Positions 9,599 to 19,885 of a DNA stretch of 64,000 bases are shown piece by piece; within the stretch, counting starts at the first letter, position 1; each line of letters begins with the position of its first letter. The stretch is from Candidatus Marinacidobacterales bacterium (GTDB taxonomy: Bacteria > Acidobacteriota > Vicinamibacteria > Marinacidobacterales > SMYC01). The position numbers and the translations under genes were made by a program. Under the pieces are notes generated by a model. It was not told the origin of the DNA. It ran no database searches and saw only the letters and a list, made by a program, of their open reading frames with translations. The stretch lies in assembly GCA_965237955.1 (NCBI GenBank), contig OZ250169.1:4640001-4704000 (forward strand), in the 5' to 3' direction.

Positions 9599-11001
9599 CA
9601 CCCCTCGACCTCCCGCGCGCGGAGCGCCATCTGCAGGCGGCCCGTCGCCCACCGGGCGCCTCTTTTCGCCAGACGGCCGATGCGGCGGATCTCAATTCCC
9701 GGACGGTGGAGCTCACGGTGGAAACCAACCTCGCTCACGATCCACTTCATCGCGGCTTCGTAGTAGCGACGCGAGTGCCTTCCGGCGACGACGAGGTCCC
9801 GGTCGGAGCGATGTTCCCACGCGCGCGACGAGCCCACGCGATCGCGAACCTTTTCGTAATATCCCGTTCCCTTGATCGGATAGGCGACGGTGGTCAAAAA
9901 GACATCTGGACCGGCTTTCTTGAGATGCTCGACCGTCGCCCGCAGGTCCTCTTCTTCTTCTCCTTCGTAACCCACCATGATGAACATCCCCACCTCGATA
10001 CCTCGGCTCTGACAGAGCCGGGTCGCGGCTTGCACTTGCTCGACCGTTACCCCGCGCCGCATCGCATCGAGAATCTTCTGGCTGCCCGACTCCGATCCAA
10101 TCCAGATGCGAAAGCATCCGATGCGGGCGAGGGTATCGACGATGGGCTCGCTCAGTCGATCCGCGCGCGAGATGCACTCGAAAGGAACATGGAGCCCCCG
10201 CCGCTCGAGCTCTTCGGCATAGGCGAACAGCCACGACGGCTTGATGGTGAAGACATCATCTGCGTACCACACCTGGTCCGGCCGGTAGCGGCTTTCGAGC
10301 TCCTCGAGCTCTCGGGCGACGTTCGAAGGCGAGCGGCGGCGGTGGGTCTTTCCGTAGACGGCGTGGCTGCACCAGTCGCAGTGGTAGGCACAGCCGCGTG
10401 CGCAGATGAGCGAGAGGGAGCTTCGTCCATGATGTTCTTTCCACACGCGGAGATAGGGCTCCATGTCGATCGCGTCGCGGTCCGGCATTGGGAGGACGTC
10501 CAAGTCGGTCAGGAAAGCGCGCGGCTCGGTGCGGACAACCGAACCCTGGTCGTCGCGGAAAACGATACCGCGAACACTGTGGAGCTTCCGGGACGCGCTG
10601 CGGGAGAGTGCGAGCGCGAGCTCCTCCATGGCCTCTTCGCCCTCGCCGATCACGATCGCGTCGGCGCCGCGGGCGAGGTACTCCTCGGCATGAAACGGAG
10701 GGTCCGGCCCGCCGAGGACGACCGGAACGCCCGCGGCTTTCGCCTCTCGCACCATGTCGAGAACCCGTCGCTTGGTCATGAGGTTGCAGTAGATTCCAAC
10801 GACCGAGGGCCGCTCTCGTTCGAGTGCGGCGGTGAAGTCTTCGGGAGCGCGGAAGGTCGCGTCGAACACGGACACGGACAGACCACGTTTCTTCAGGTAC
10901 GCCGAGATGTAGAGGAGCCCGAGCGGAGAATAAGGTTTCATGACCTCTCCCTCGTGCTCGTCGAGGGCGAGATGGTAGCCGTGTGTCAAAAGAACGTGCA
11001 T
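9598..11001 (-). CDS. B12-binding radical SAM protein (2)
   Basis: 'PLGLLYISAYL', 'VVLGGPDP', CAYHCDWC, 'GSESGSQ'. Confidence 0.92.
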   Translation of the reverse strand: MHVLLTHGYHLALDEHEGEVMKPYSPLGLLYISAYLKKRGLSVSVFDATFRAPEDFTAALERERPSVVGIYCNLMTKRRVLDMVREAKAAGVPVVLGGPDPPFHAEEYLARGADAIVIGEGEEAMEELALALSRSASRKLHSVRGIVFRDDQGSVVRTEPRAFLTDLDVLPMPDRDAIDMEPYLRVWKEHHGRSSLSLICARGCAYHCDWCSHAVYGKTHRRRSPSNVARELEELESRYRPDQVWYADDVFTIKPSWLFAYAEELERRGLHVPFECISRADRLSEPIVDTLARIGCFRIWIGSESGSQKILDAMRRGVTVEQVQAATRLCQSRGIEVGMFIMVGYEGEEEEDLRATVEHLKKAGPDVFLTTVAYPIKGTGYYEKVRDRVGSSRAWEHRSDRDLVVAGRHSRRYYEAAMKWIVSEVGFHRELHRPGIEIRRIGRLAKRGARWATGRLQMALRAREVEG

Positions 11002-11004
11002 GGC

Positions 11005-12030
11005 TTACACTCCGAACGGTCTCGCCCGGACGAGCTCTCGAGGCGCCTTGAAGGACGGACAGACGCAGCGAAGGCAGGCGTCTCGCTCTCCCCTTCGGAT
11101 CTCTCCCCGGATCGCCATCAGCTGCGGGTCGTTGAGATCCCGAGCCAAACTTCCGGATCCGGACGGTGGTCGGCCTTCGATGAAATGACAGGGCTGGAGC
11201 GCGCCGTTCGCGCGCACCACGATCGAAAACCGCGGCGCGTTGCAACGGACGGGTGGGAGCTCGTCGAGGCCGTGGTGGGCCGCGAAGAACTGCAGCATGC
11301 GGCCTAGCTTCTCGGGGCTCTCGGCGACGAAGCCGCTCGCGATCTCCGTCGCGAACTCCCGTTCGAGCCGGGAAAGCACGTCGCGAAAACGAGGCAAGTC
11401 TTCTTCGTCGAGCATGGCAGCACGCGACACCTCGTCGCCGTGCGCGAAAGCCGTCCCTCCGTCGACGTCGACGGGGAAAAAGGAAATCTCCCGCACGTTC
11501 GAGCGTCTCGCCAGCCGGACGAGCTCGGGTATCTCGAGGTAGTTTGCCCGCTGGACTGTGCAGCGGAGCGACACCCACGTGTCACGAGCCACGAGGGCCT
11601 CGATCCCGTCGAGCACCGTCTCGAACGCGTCGACGCCGCGGATCGCACGGTAGGTCTCTCGCGTCGCGCCGTCCAGCGACACCGTGACGCGCTCGCAGAG
11701 CTCACCGACGCGATCGGCCTCTCTCTCGAGCGACAGTCCGGCGGTGAGAAGCCAGAGCGCGAGTCCCCGCGATCGAAACGTCGCCGCGATGTCACCCCAT
11801 CGCGGGTGGAACAACACCTCGCCGCCGGTGAGCAGTACGGCCTCAGTGCCGAGCTCCCTAAATCCATCGGCGAGCTCCCGGGCTCGTTCCAAAGACAACT
11901 CCTCGACTCCGTTCTTCCAAAAATCACACGTCACGCAGCGCGAATTACAACGCTCGGTCACGTACACAATGCCGAGCGGCAGGCCGTGCAGGCGGTCACC
12001 GAAGAAGTTCAAGCCCACTCGCAGGTTCAT
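11005..12030 (-). CDS. Radical SAM protein with C-terminal SPASM/twitch-like Cys cluster
   Basis: CNSRCVTC, 'TGGE', C-terminal C..PC..CLRCVC; ATG at 12030 overlaps the upstream stop. Confidence 0.88.
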   Translation of the reverse strand: MNLRVGLNFFGDRLHGLPLGIVYVTERCNSRCVTCDFWKNGVEELSLERARELADGFRELGTEAVLLTGGEVLFHPRWGDIAATFRSRGLALWLLTAGLSLEREADRVGELCERVTVSLDGATRETYRAIRGVDAFETVLDGIEALVARDTWVSLRCTVQRANYLEIPELVRLARRSNVREISFFPVDVDGGTAFAHGDEVSRAAMLDEEDLPRFRDVLSRLEREFATEIASGFVAESPEKLGRMLQFFAAHHGLDELPPVRCNAPRFSIVVRANGALQPCHFIEGRPPSGSGSLARDLNDPQLMAIRGEIRRGERDACLRCVCPSFKAPRELVRARPFGV

Positions 12031-13706
12031 GCGCGCTCCTCGCGGATGGCGGCGGAGGCGACGCCGAGAAGGATCCAAAAAGCGAGATAGATCGGGGTCA
12101 GCGCGAGGAGGTAGTCGAAGACACCGTGCACGAGAAAGCCCATTAGCGCCGCCGTAACGGTCGCGGCGGCGAGGGTAGCGTCACCCTTGCGCACCCGATA
12201 AAGGCCTCGCAATGTGCTTGCGACGAGAAGGGCAAATGCCACGGCGCCGAAGAGACCGGTCGTCGCCAGGATCTCCAAATAGAGACTGTTCGAGAACGCT
12301 CTCGTGTCCCATGAGCTCCGGCCGGCGGCGCGGCCGTACAGCCAACGGAAGTTGTCGGGACCGACGCCTGTGAGCGGCTGCTCTCGAAACAGCGACAGCG
12401 CCAGGCCCCAGAGCTCCAGACGCCCGGGACGCCACGCGAGGCTCGCGATCCTCTCGCCGAGCTCGGAGAGCTCGGCCAGCTCAGAAAGACCGCCCTCACC
12501 GACCGGACCGACGGCGACTCGCACGAAAGCGCCGATCCCCGTCTTGTCGGAAAACCAAGTCATGCGCCCGTGCACCATGTCCCAAATCAGAACGTACTGT
12601 CCAGGATGTGCGGGCGCCCGAACGTCAGCATAGAGATCCACCTGCTCATCCGGTGCGAGCGATTTATCGAGCCGGGTCCTAGTGCCTTCGATGCCGAGGG
12701 GCACGAGGCCGCGCTCGTCGGCGGTAAACCACCGATACGAGAGGAAGAAGTCTCTTTTCTCGGAGGGCCACGGCATCCTTCCTGTGTTTGTTACGCTCAC
12801 ACGCATCGTCCGGCGCTCGCCCGGCTCTAGCGAGAGCGAGTTCGTCTCCGGCGAAAGCGCGGCGCGGTACCACGCGGCATCTCCCTCATTCGCGACCCGC
12901 AAGCGAAACGTCGGATCGGACAGGCTCGAGACGAACAGAAGCGCGACGAACCCGAGCAAGAGCCAGAAGAGAAACCGCGAGCCGTCCGGTCTCCGACGTC
13001 TGAGCCAGAGCCACTGGAGCAACAGGGCGCTCACCGCGCCGAGAACGGCGCCACGCGAACGGGTCAAGAGAATGGAAGCGAACATGCCGGTAGCGGCCAT
13101 ACCCGCGAGCGTTCTCACGCCACGCCGCGTGCGTTCATGGCTCACGAAATACAGCGCGGCGGGGAGAGCGAGAACGAGAAACCCCGCCGTCGTATTCGGA
13201 AAAGCAAACGTCGCCGTGACTCGAGGCTGGCCGCCCACTTCGAAAGGATGCTCGCGAAACGGAGCGAGCCACGACGCCATCGCGACGGGACGGAGAGCCT
13301 CGACGACGGCCAAGATCGCCGTGACGCTTCCGGCGACGGAGAATCCGGTGAAGACGACGCCCCAACGCGCCACCGGCCCGAGAGCCGAGGACGTGAGGAA
13401 GAATGCAACGACTCCCGCCGTCAAACGGAGACTGAACTTGAGCGGCAGGACTCGAGGTGGAGCCGACGCCAGGGTCGACACCATAAAGGCAAGGAGCAAC
13501 AAGAGAGCCCACGCCGCGAGAGGCACCGGACGGCGGTGGAACCCGCCCTTCGGGTAGAGCCCCAAAAGGAAGCCGGCGGTCGAAAGGAGCAACAACGCCA
13601 CGACCTCGAGCAAGCTCATCTCGAAACCTAGGGCGTGCGCCACGGGCTCCATGGGCTCGAAGGGCAGGAGCGCTGCGAGGAGACCGATGGCGACGACGGC
13701 TTGCAT
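12027..13706 (-). CDS. O-antigen ligase/Wzy_C family protein with inserted Ig-like domain
   Basis: 'FPNTTAGFL', 'LTRSRGA', 'PLTGVGPDNF', 'HGVFDY'; soluble insert 'VTNTGRMPW...LSYRW...PGQYVLIWDMV'. Confidence 0.85.
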   Translation of the reverse strand: MQAVVAIGLLAALLPFEPMEPVAHALGFEMSLLEVVALLLLSTAGFLLGLYPKGGFHRRPVPLAAWALLLLLAFMVSTLASAPPRVLPLKFSLRLTAGVVAFFLTSSALGPVARWGVVFTGFSVAGSVTAILAVVEALRPVAMASWLAPFREHPFEVGGQPRVTATFAFPNTTAGFLVLALPAALYFVSHERTRRGVRTLAGMAATGMFASILLTRSRGAVLGAVSALLLQWLWLRRRRPDGSRFLFWLLLGFVALLFVSSLSDPTFRLRVANEGDAAWYRAALSPETNSLSLEPGERRTMRVSVTNTGRMPWPSEKRDFFLSYRWFTADERGLVPLGIEGTRTRLDKSLAPDEQVDLYADVRAPAHPGQYVLIWDMVHGRMTWFSDKTGIGAFVRVAVGPVGEGGLSELAELSELGERIASLAWRPGRLELWGLALSLFREQPLTGVGPDNFRWLYGRAAGRSSWDTRAFSNSLYLEILATTGLFGAVAFALLVASTLRGLYRVRKGDATLAAATVTAALMGFLVHGVFDYLLALTPIYLAFWILLGVASAAIREERA

Positions 13707-14714
13707 CTACTTCTTTTCCGCGATGAACAGAGGAAACCGCGCGGGCGGCGGGAGACGGCGCAGGCGGCAGTAGCGGCGCCGCAGAGCTCGCCTCGTGCCC
13801 TCGAAGGGCAGCCTCACGTCCACGTCGAAGCCGAGCTCTTGCAGAAGCGCGACCGTCTCGGAGAGAACGAGGAAGCCCGCCGGTCGGGGATCGTCGTTGA
13901 TTCCGTATCGTTCGCGGTGCTCTCGCTCGCGGCGCTCCACCATGGCGCGTCCTACGCGAGGATCGTCGTACGCCGGGCTGTCCAGGAGAATCAAGAAGCC
14001 GCCGCGCCGCATGAGACGGCGGGACTCCTTCAGCACGCGCGGCGGGCTCTCCGCGTAGTGAATGGAAGCGTTGGCGACGACCAAATCGAACTGAGAGTCG
14101 TCCAGCGGGAGAGATTCCATGTCGGCCCGGGCCCGTGTAACTCTATCGTGAATCCCGCGGCAGCTCCTCTGGTACCGGTCCATCGCCAGTAGACCGTCGT
14201 CCTCATCGAGAGAAATGTCCGTCGCCAGAACGTAGTGCCCCCTCGTAGCCATACGCCAGGAGAGCCACCCATTCCCGGCGCCAAGCTCGAGGACCTGGAG
14301 CACGCGCCGTCCGCACGCGCCGCCTCGCTCACCCGCCTCGATCGAGCGAAGCACCGAAAGAAAGTGTCTAAAATTTCTAGCGCGCAATCTCCAGATACTC
14401 CGATGTCTTCCGGTTCGTTCGAGGAAAGGGAGCGCGCGGTAATAGTCCGCGTCGCCGCTCCATCCCTCGACGCGCCGGAGCCGGCCGTAGCTGTCGAGAA
14501 ACTGCGCGAACGTACGCGCACGCTCCTCGGACAGAAGGGGAAGGACCTCGCCTCGACTCTCGATTCTTCCCCCCTCGGCGGGACAGACCAGATCGAACCC
14601 GAGGGCGAAGGCGGTGGAACCGCACTCGGGGCAGCGGAGCTTCCATCCATCAAAAGCGTCGGTAGTAGTGAGCGGGGCCTCTTCCGGACGGGAGGCGTCA
14701 TAGGCGATGGACAT
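13707..14714 (-). CDS. Class I methyltransferase with N-terminal Zn-ribbon/Trm112-like segment
   Basis: 'LRCPECG...VCP', 'VLELGAGNGW', 'FDLVVANASIHY'. Confidence 0.85.
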   Translation of the reverse strand: MSIAYDASRPEEAPLTTTDAFDGWKLRCPECGSTAFALGFDLVCPAEGGRIESRGEVLPLLSEERARTFAQFLDSYGRLRRVEGWSGDADYYRALPFLERTGRHRSIWRLRARNFRHFLSVLRSIEAGERGGACGRRVLQVLELGAGNGWLSWRMATRGHYVLATDISLDEDDGLLAMDRYQRSCRGIHDRVTRARADMESLPLDDSQFDLVVANASIHYAESPPRVLKESRRLMRRGGFLILLDSPAYDDPRVGRAMVERREREHRERYGINDDPRPAGFLVLSETVALLQELGFDVDVRLPFEGTRRALRRRYCRLRRLPPPARFPLFIAEKK

Positions 14715-16794
14715 GACTCATTTGCCTCGAAACGGAGGTAGTACCGGACTCCTCCAGGGCGCGATCTAATCCCAGCAGCCCGTTGAGCTTCCTGGAGAGC
14801 TCGGCTCCGTGGTCGTTGAAGTGCAGCTTGATGACACCGGTCTTGAGCGTTACGGACTCAGGGCCGCCCGCCCTTCGCCACTGCCGACGGAGGTGGCTCC
14901 GGAGAAGTAGCCGTCCCATCCACTCCAAGAGAGCGCCACCTCCCACAGACAGAAACCGCTCGAGCCGAGAAGCACCCGCGGGCGGTTCGTCACCGCCAAT
15001 GGGCTCGTGCTCACGAAAACGTTCCCAGAAGTTCGGGAAGAATCGCGCTCCCCAGCCGTTGGCCCGGACAAAGCGCCGGTAGACCGCGTGACCCGCGATG
15101 GGTCGCAAGCCGAGAATCTGGTTCGCGGTGAAGGCGTCGTTCTCGGTCAGGGTGAGACGATCCTCGCCCAGGAAATAGTTCAGGCACATCGTGCGCCGGA
15201 GTCCCAGAAGCTTCATTGCCACGAAGAGAAAAAGCGCGACCGCCCAGGTCTTCCCTCGCTTCGTGATGAGAAAGAGGTCGATGTCTCCGTCGGCGGCGTT
15301 CTCTTTCGCGATGGCGCCCGAGAGCGCCACCATGCGCACGAAGGGAGTACGCCGAACGAGCTCCAGGACGCCGCGGTGCTCTTCCAAGAGCACGCGCGAG
15401 AGGCGACGCGTGCGCGCGCGGGACTCGACCGAGGAGCGACGGCCTTTTAGGAAGAAGAAAGGCGGCGCGCGCTCCACCGCCCCGAGCACGTGAGGATCTT
15501 CGTCGAGAATCCGGCGTAACTCTCGTCGCGAGAGCGTGACGCCCAGTAGAGAGCGCTCGATCTCCGGAAGTGTCATCGGGTAGTCGAAATGGGCCCCGTA
15601 GGCGATGGTGTCCACGACCGCGCGAGCTTCCCTTGCGTTCGTTGTTTCGGCGATCCGATGGCGGACTCGCACCGTCCGCCGCTCGAGCGCCTCCTCGTAA
15701 ACGGCCAGCGTGTCGCGCGCGGTCCGCTCCCATGAAAAGGAGCGCGCCCGAGCGAGCCCGGCCCCAATCCACGTCTCGCGGTCTCTCGTGTCGGACAGCG
15801 CGTGCTCCATTCCTTCGCTCAGACAGTCGACGTCGTGCGGATCGACGAGGAGCGCCGCCTCCGCCGCGATTTCTTCGAGGGAGGATGTCTTCGAGGTGAG
15901 CACGGGCACACCACAAGCCATCGCCTCGAGCACGGGAAAGCCGAACCCCTCGTACAGAGAGGGATAAACGAACAGCTCGGCATGGGAGTAGAGCGCGGGA
16001 AGCGCGTCCTCGTCAACGTAGCCGAGGTGTTTGACGGCGCCATCGAGCCCGAAGGCTTCGAGGCTTTGCAATAGTTCTTTGGACCGCCAGCCGACGTCGC
16101 CGGCCAAGTAGAAGCGGTGGTCGGGAAAGCGAGGCCGTATCCGGGAAAAGGCTTCGACTGCGCGAACGAGATTCTTCCTCGGCTCTAGTGTTCCCACATA
16201 CAAGAGGTACGGCTTCCGGAGCTGGAAGCGTTCTCGAAGGCGGCTCCAGCTCTTCCGGCTCGTGTTCGGGCGGAAGTGCGTGTCCGCCGCGTGGGGAATC
16301 ACTCGTATCTTGTGCTTCGAGATGCGGAAGATGCGAGCGAGGTCCTCCTTGGTCGACTCCGACGGCGTGATGACGAGCCGCGCCCGTTTGGCAATAGCGG
16401 GCGCGATGGTCGCCGTCAGCAATCGTTTCCGCCACCTGTGAAATTGCGGAAAGAGCTGCAGAGTCATGTCGTGAAACGTCACCACGAATGGCCGGTCGAG
16501 CGCGAGCGGGGCGAGATAGTTCGTGAAATGGCAAAGGTCGGGGCTCATCTCGCGCAGAATAAACGGGAGCACTCCTTGCATCCACGGCGCGCGCAACGGA
16601 AAATAGCCCGACGCCACCTGCCGTGCTCGCGGAAGCGGTCCGAAAGCAATAGGTCGATTCGATAGAACGAGAAGCTCGTCGATGGGGTTTGTGTCTCCCC
16701 CGACGCGAGTGAGCCTATCGAGAAGGCGCGACGAGTAATAGCCGACCCCGGTCTTGTTGCCCCGAATCGTGGTGGCGTCGTATCCCAGAAGCAT
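14698..16794 (-). CDS. GT4 glycosyltransferase fused to a nucleotidyltransferase-like domain
   Basis: N-half 'PSLYEGFGFPVLEAMACG'; C-half 'VALSGAIA...DGDIDLFLI' (Pol-beta-type G[SA]...DxD). Confidence 0.85.
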   Translation of the reverse strand: MLLGYDATTIRGNKTGVGYYSSRLLDRLTRVGGDTNPIDELLVLSNRPIAFGPLPRARQVASGYFPLRAPWMQGVLPFILREMSPDLCHFTNYLAPLALDRPFVVTFHDMTLQLFPQFHRWRKRLLTATIAPAIAKRARLVITPSESTKEDLARIFRISKHKIRVIPHAADTHFRPNTSRKSWSRLRERFQLRKPYLLYVGTLEPRKNLVRAVEAFSRIRPRFPDHRFYLAGDVGWRSKELLQSLEAFGLDGAVKHLGYVDEDALPALYSHAELFVYPSLYEGFGFPVLEAMACGVPVLTSKTSSLEEIAAEAALLVDPHDVDCLSEGMEHALSDTRDRETWIGAGLARARSFSWERTARDTLAVYEEALERRTVRVRHRIAETTNAREARAVVDTIAYGAHFDYPMTLPEIERSLLGVTLSRRELRRILDEDPHVLGAVERAPPFFFLKGRRSSVESRARTRRLSRVLLEEHRGVLELVRRTPFVRMVALSGAIAKENAADGDIDLFLITKRGKTWAVALFLFVAMKLLGLRRTMCLNYFLGEDRLTLTENDAFTANQILGLRPIAGHAVYRRFVRANGWGARFFPNFWERFREHEPIGGDEPPAGASRLERFLSVGGGALLEWMGRLLLRSHLRRQWRRAGGPESVTLKTGVIKLHFNDHGAELSRKLNGLLGLDRALEESGTTSVSRQMSHVHRL

Positions 16795-16803
16795 GATCTT
16801 TCC

Positions 16804-18213
16804 TCAGGGGCTGCCGACGTCCGTCGGTGAAAGCATCCTCCCCGAAGGCGTTGGCGAAACCGTCTCGACGGTTTCGTGGACGCGCTCGGGAGTCGTTAGC
16901 GAGCCAACGGGAGGACGGAGCAGATCCAAAGTAAAGGCCAGACTCGCCGCGGTCAGACTCCACTCGGCGGCGCAAACGGCCATGGCTGCTCCCGAGGCGC
17001 CGTGACTCGGAATCAAGATCACGTCGAGCAGAATCCCTACCGAGAAACGAACGAGGACGGCGGCGAGGAGCCGGCGAGGTCTCTCGGCGGCGATCAGCAG
17101 GTGCGTCGTGAGCGCGTTCAGATACACGGCCGGGATCGCGAGGCCGAGCCATGCGAGGACGGGCGCCGCGTCGCTGAATCCAGCCCCGTAGACAGCGGTC
17201 AGCGTCGGCCCGGCTAGCGCGAAAAAGACGGTGCCGATGGGGAAGGCGGCGGCGAGGAGCCACGTTCCGAGCAGCCGTATCAGCGGCCCATGGGTACCTT
17301 GGCCCATGGCGCGCACCAGGAGCGGGAACGCGCCCGCAACGATCGCCGCGGAGATGACGAAAGTGGCTTCGAAGAGACGGAACGACGCAGCGAACAGACC
17401 CACTTCGACGGGCGCGCCGAGCACGGCGAGGATGAGCAGATCCGCCCTCAAGTAAATGAGTGTGACGACGGACGTCGCCGCGAGCGGCAGGACGTCCCGA
17501 ACGAGCGGTCCCGGCTCGGGCGTGGCGGCCTGCGCTTCCGATCCCGCCGCTCGTCGCCTCAAGACCCCAGCCGCGGCGAAGAGCGCAGGAACGCTCGCGA
17601 GGGCAAGGTAAATGGCCAGCTGGCGAAGATCCGTGCTCCGCCACACGGCGAGAACTGAAGCGACGAGCCAGCTCGAACGCAGCACGACGAGGAGCACCCC
17701 CTCGCGGGCCACGCCCCCGCGACTCCGGAGCACGACACCGCCGAGTTCGACCCATGAGCCGGCCAACTGCACGAACAGAAGGAGGGCGAGCGGGAACGCA
17801 TCTGCGTCGAGCGCCTGCGTTGCCAGGAGCACGGCGATACCCGCGGCCGCGAGCCCGGAAAGAAGTGCTTTCGCGCCGAGGATGCCGCGGAGCGTTTTCG
17901 CCCGGAAGTGGCGCGAGAGCCTCCGGAGCCCGACGACGTGGAGCCCGAGATCCGTCGCCTGCGCCAGCATCCAGGCCGTGTACCAGAGGACGGCGAAACG
18001 ACCGAACCCGTCGGCGCCGAGACGCCGCGCGAGCACGATCGCCATCAGGAAGCTCAGCGAACGGGACGAGACATCCCAGAAGAGCTTGCCGCTACTTGCG
18101 ACGAACGCTCGGCTGCGGGCGTCGGCGTCTGGACTCGTTCCTTCTGTTGTGTTTGCCATCCAAACAGGGAAAAGCAATCTCCGTGCCGGCGGCGCGTGCG
18201 ACGGAGCAGGCAT
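16804..18213 (-). CDS. Wzx/MOP-family oligosaccharide flippase (start uncertain)
   Basis: 'LARRLGADGFG', 'TDLGL', 'IYLRADLLIL', 'GASGAA'. Confidence 0.82.
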   Translation of the reverse strand: MPAPSHAPPARRLLFPVWMANTTEGTSPDADARSRAFVASSGKLFWDVSSRSLSFLMAIVLARRLGADGFGRFAVLWYTAWMLAQATDLGLHVVGLRRLSRHFRAKTLRGILGAKALLSGLAAAGIAVLLATQALDADAFPLALLLFVQLAGSWVELGGVVLRSRGGVAREGVLLVVLRSSWLVASVLAVWRSTDLRQLAIYLALASVPALFAAAGVLRRRAAGSEAQAATPEPGPLVRDVLPLAATSVVTLIYLRADLLILAVLGAPVEVGLFAASFRLFEATFVISAAIVAGAFPLLVRAMGQGTHGPLIRLLGTWLLAAAFPIGTVFFALAGPTLTAVYGAGFSDAAPVLAWLGLAIPAVYLNALTTHLLIAAERPRRLLAAVLVRFSVGILLDVILIPSHGASGAAMAVCAAEWSLTAASLAFTLDLLRPPVGSLTTPERVHETVETVSPTPSGRMLSPTDVGSP

Positions 18214-18287
18214 TTTTAGGCGCGTTTCGAGCCGGCCTTACAACCCGCGTAAGCAAGTTACGAAACGAGAAAGCCGGCTGTCGGAGC

Positions 18288-19739
18288 TCAAGCGACACCG
18301 AGGGCACGGTTCTGCCGGTGCGAGCGGATCTCGAGGCGCATCCGGGCGGCCATGAGCCCGACGAGCTCCCTTACGGCTCGGGCGGCGGCCATCGGCCGGG
18401 GCAGGCGTCCGAGCTCGCGGCGCAAGCGGAAGTCCCGGTGAACGAACTGATAGAGCGCCCGGTAGAAACCCGGCGTGTACCGGCCGCGAAACATGAGATC
18501 CAGATCGTCGCTGTCGGTCCAGTTGCTCTTGTCACCGAGCTGGGATCGGACGCGCTCGTAGAATGGAGTTCCGGGTAGCGGGTAGCTGACGGAGATACCG
18601 ATGTCGTCCGGTCTGGCAAGCCGCACCATCTCCAGAGTCTTCTCGATATCTTCCCACTCCTCGCCGGGATAGCCGAACTGTAGAAAGAAGCAAACGCGGA
18701 TTCCACGCGAGCGAAGGAGTCTCGCTGCGTCGTGAATCTGTTCGACACGCGTTCCCTTGTCCATAGCATCGAGAATCTTCTGAGAGCCGCTCTCCGCTCC
18801 GAGCCATACGCTCTCGCATCCGGCGCGGGCGAGCGCGTCGGCCACGGTCTCATCAATCAAATCGACGCGGGCCTGGATCTTGAACGAGGTCACCACCCCG
18901 CGAGATTCGACTTCTCGAGCGAACGCCTCCACCCAACCGGGCTCGAGACCGAAGATGTCGTCCGCGAACCAGATGTGATCCGGCTCGAGGTTGTGCTTCA
19001 CCCACGCGAGCTCTTCGGCGACGTTCGCGGGTGAGCGCACGCCGTAACGCTGTCCATAGATGGGCTTCGCACACCAGTTGCAGTGATAGGGACAGCCTCT
19101 GGTCGTCACCATGTTGATCGAGAAGATGTCGTGACGTTTTCGCCACGCGCTCCGGTATCGTTCGGCGTCGATGAGATCCCAAGCGGGAAAAGGAAGACCA
19201 TCCAGGTCCTGAATCAATCCGCGAGGCGCCGACTTCACCACTTCGCCGTCACGGCCGAGGTAGGCGAGCCCGGCGACGCTCCCGAGCTCGGCCGTCGGCC
19301 CTCCCAGAGAGAACGCCTCGACGAGCTCGGCGAGGCTCAGCTCGCCCTCTCCCAACAAAGCGACATCGATGTCCGCCTGCAGATACTCCTCCAGCCGATC
19401 GGTGGCATCGGATCCGTTCACGACAACCGTAGCCCCTTTCGACCTCGCGAGACGTGCCTTCTCGAAGGCCGCGCTCCGCATGTTCGTGAGGCACATTTTG
19501 GACAGGTAGTTGAAGTTGTCTTCGTAAAGGGCCACGAGCTGGGGGCGAAAGCGGTCGAGGTCGGTCTCATACTCGTCGTGTCCCGACGCCAACATCGAAT
19601 CCGAAAGGAACACCTCGTGCCCTCGCTCTCTCAAGACCGACGCCGCGTACAGCGTTCCCAGAGGCGGATAAGGCTCGAGCACATTTGTTTGCTTCGGGTC
19701 CAGCTCTAGCTGGAAGGAGGGTGAGAGGAGCACTCTCAT
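18288..19739 (-). CDS. B12-binding radical SAM protein (3)
   Basis: 'YPPLGTLYAAS', CPYHCNWC, 'GAESGSQ'; clear paralog of 9598..11001. Confidence 0.92.
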   Translation of the reverse strand: MRVLLSPSFQLELDPKQTNVLEPYPPLGTLYAASVLRERGHEVFLSDSMLASGHDEYETDLDRFRPQLVALYEDNFNYLSKMCLTNMRSAAFEKARLARSKGATVVVNGSDATDRLEEYLQADIDVALLGEGELSLAELVEAFSLGGPTAELGSVAGLAYLGRDGEVVKSAPRGLIQDLDGLPFPAWDLIDAERYRSAWRKRHDIFSINMVTTRGCPYHCNWCAKPIYGQRYGVRSPANVAEELAWVKHNLEPDHIWFADDIFGLEPGWVEAFAREVESRGVVTSFKIQARVDLIDETVADALARAGCESVWLGAESGSQKILDAMDKGTRVEQIHDAARLLRSRGIRVCFFLQFGYPGEEWEDIEKTLEMVRLARPDDIGISVSYPLPGTPFYERVRSQLGDKSNWTDSDDLDLMFRGRYTPGFYRALYQFVHRDFRLRRELGRLPRPMAAARAVRELVGLMAARMRLEIRSHRQNRALGVA

Positions 19740-19885
19740 GACGCCATGGTAGCACAAGGCTTTCCGAGTCCGATGTTCGATCTGTTAGCGCGCTCACCAG
19801 CGCGAAGTCCCGGGCGTACGGGCGTACTGTATGAGCTTGGTCACACTTTCGAAGGGCGATGTCTTCGGCAGCGCTACAATGGTTC

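Noticed and set aside
9706-11578. Long alternative ORFs (533 aa +, 440 aa -)
   Set aside because: Shadows of the radical SAM genes, with Arg/Pro-rich or antisense-type composition.
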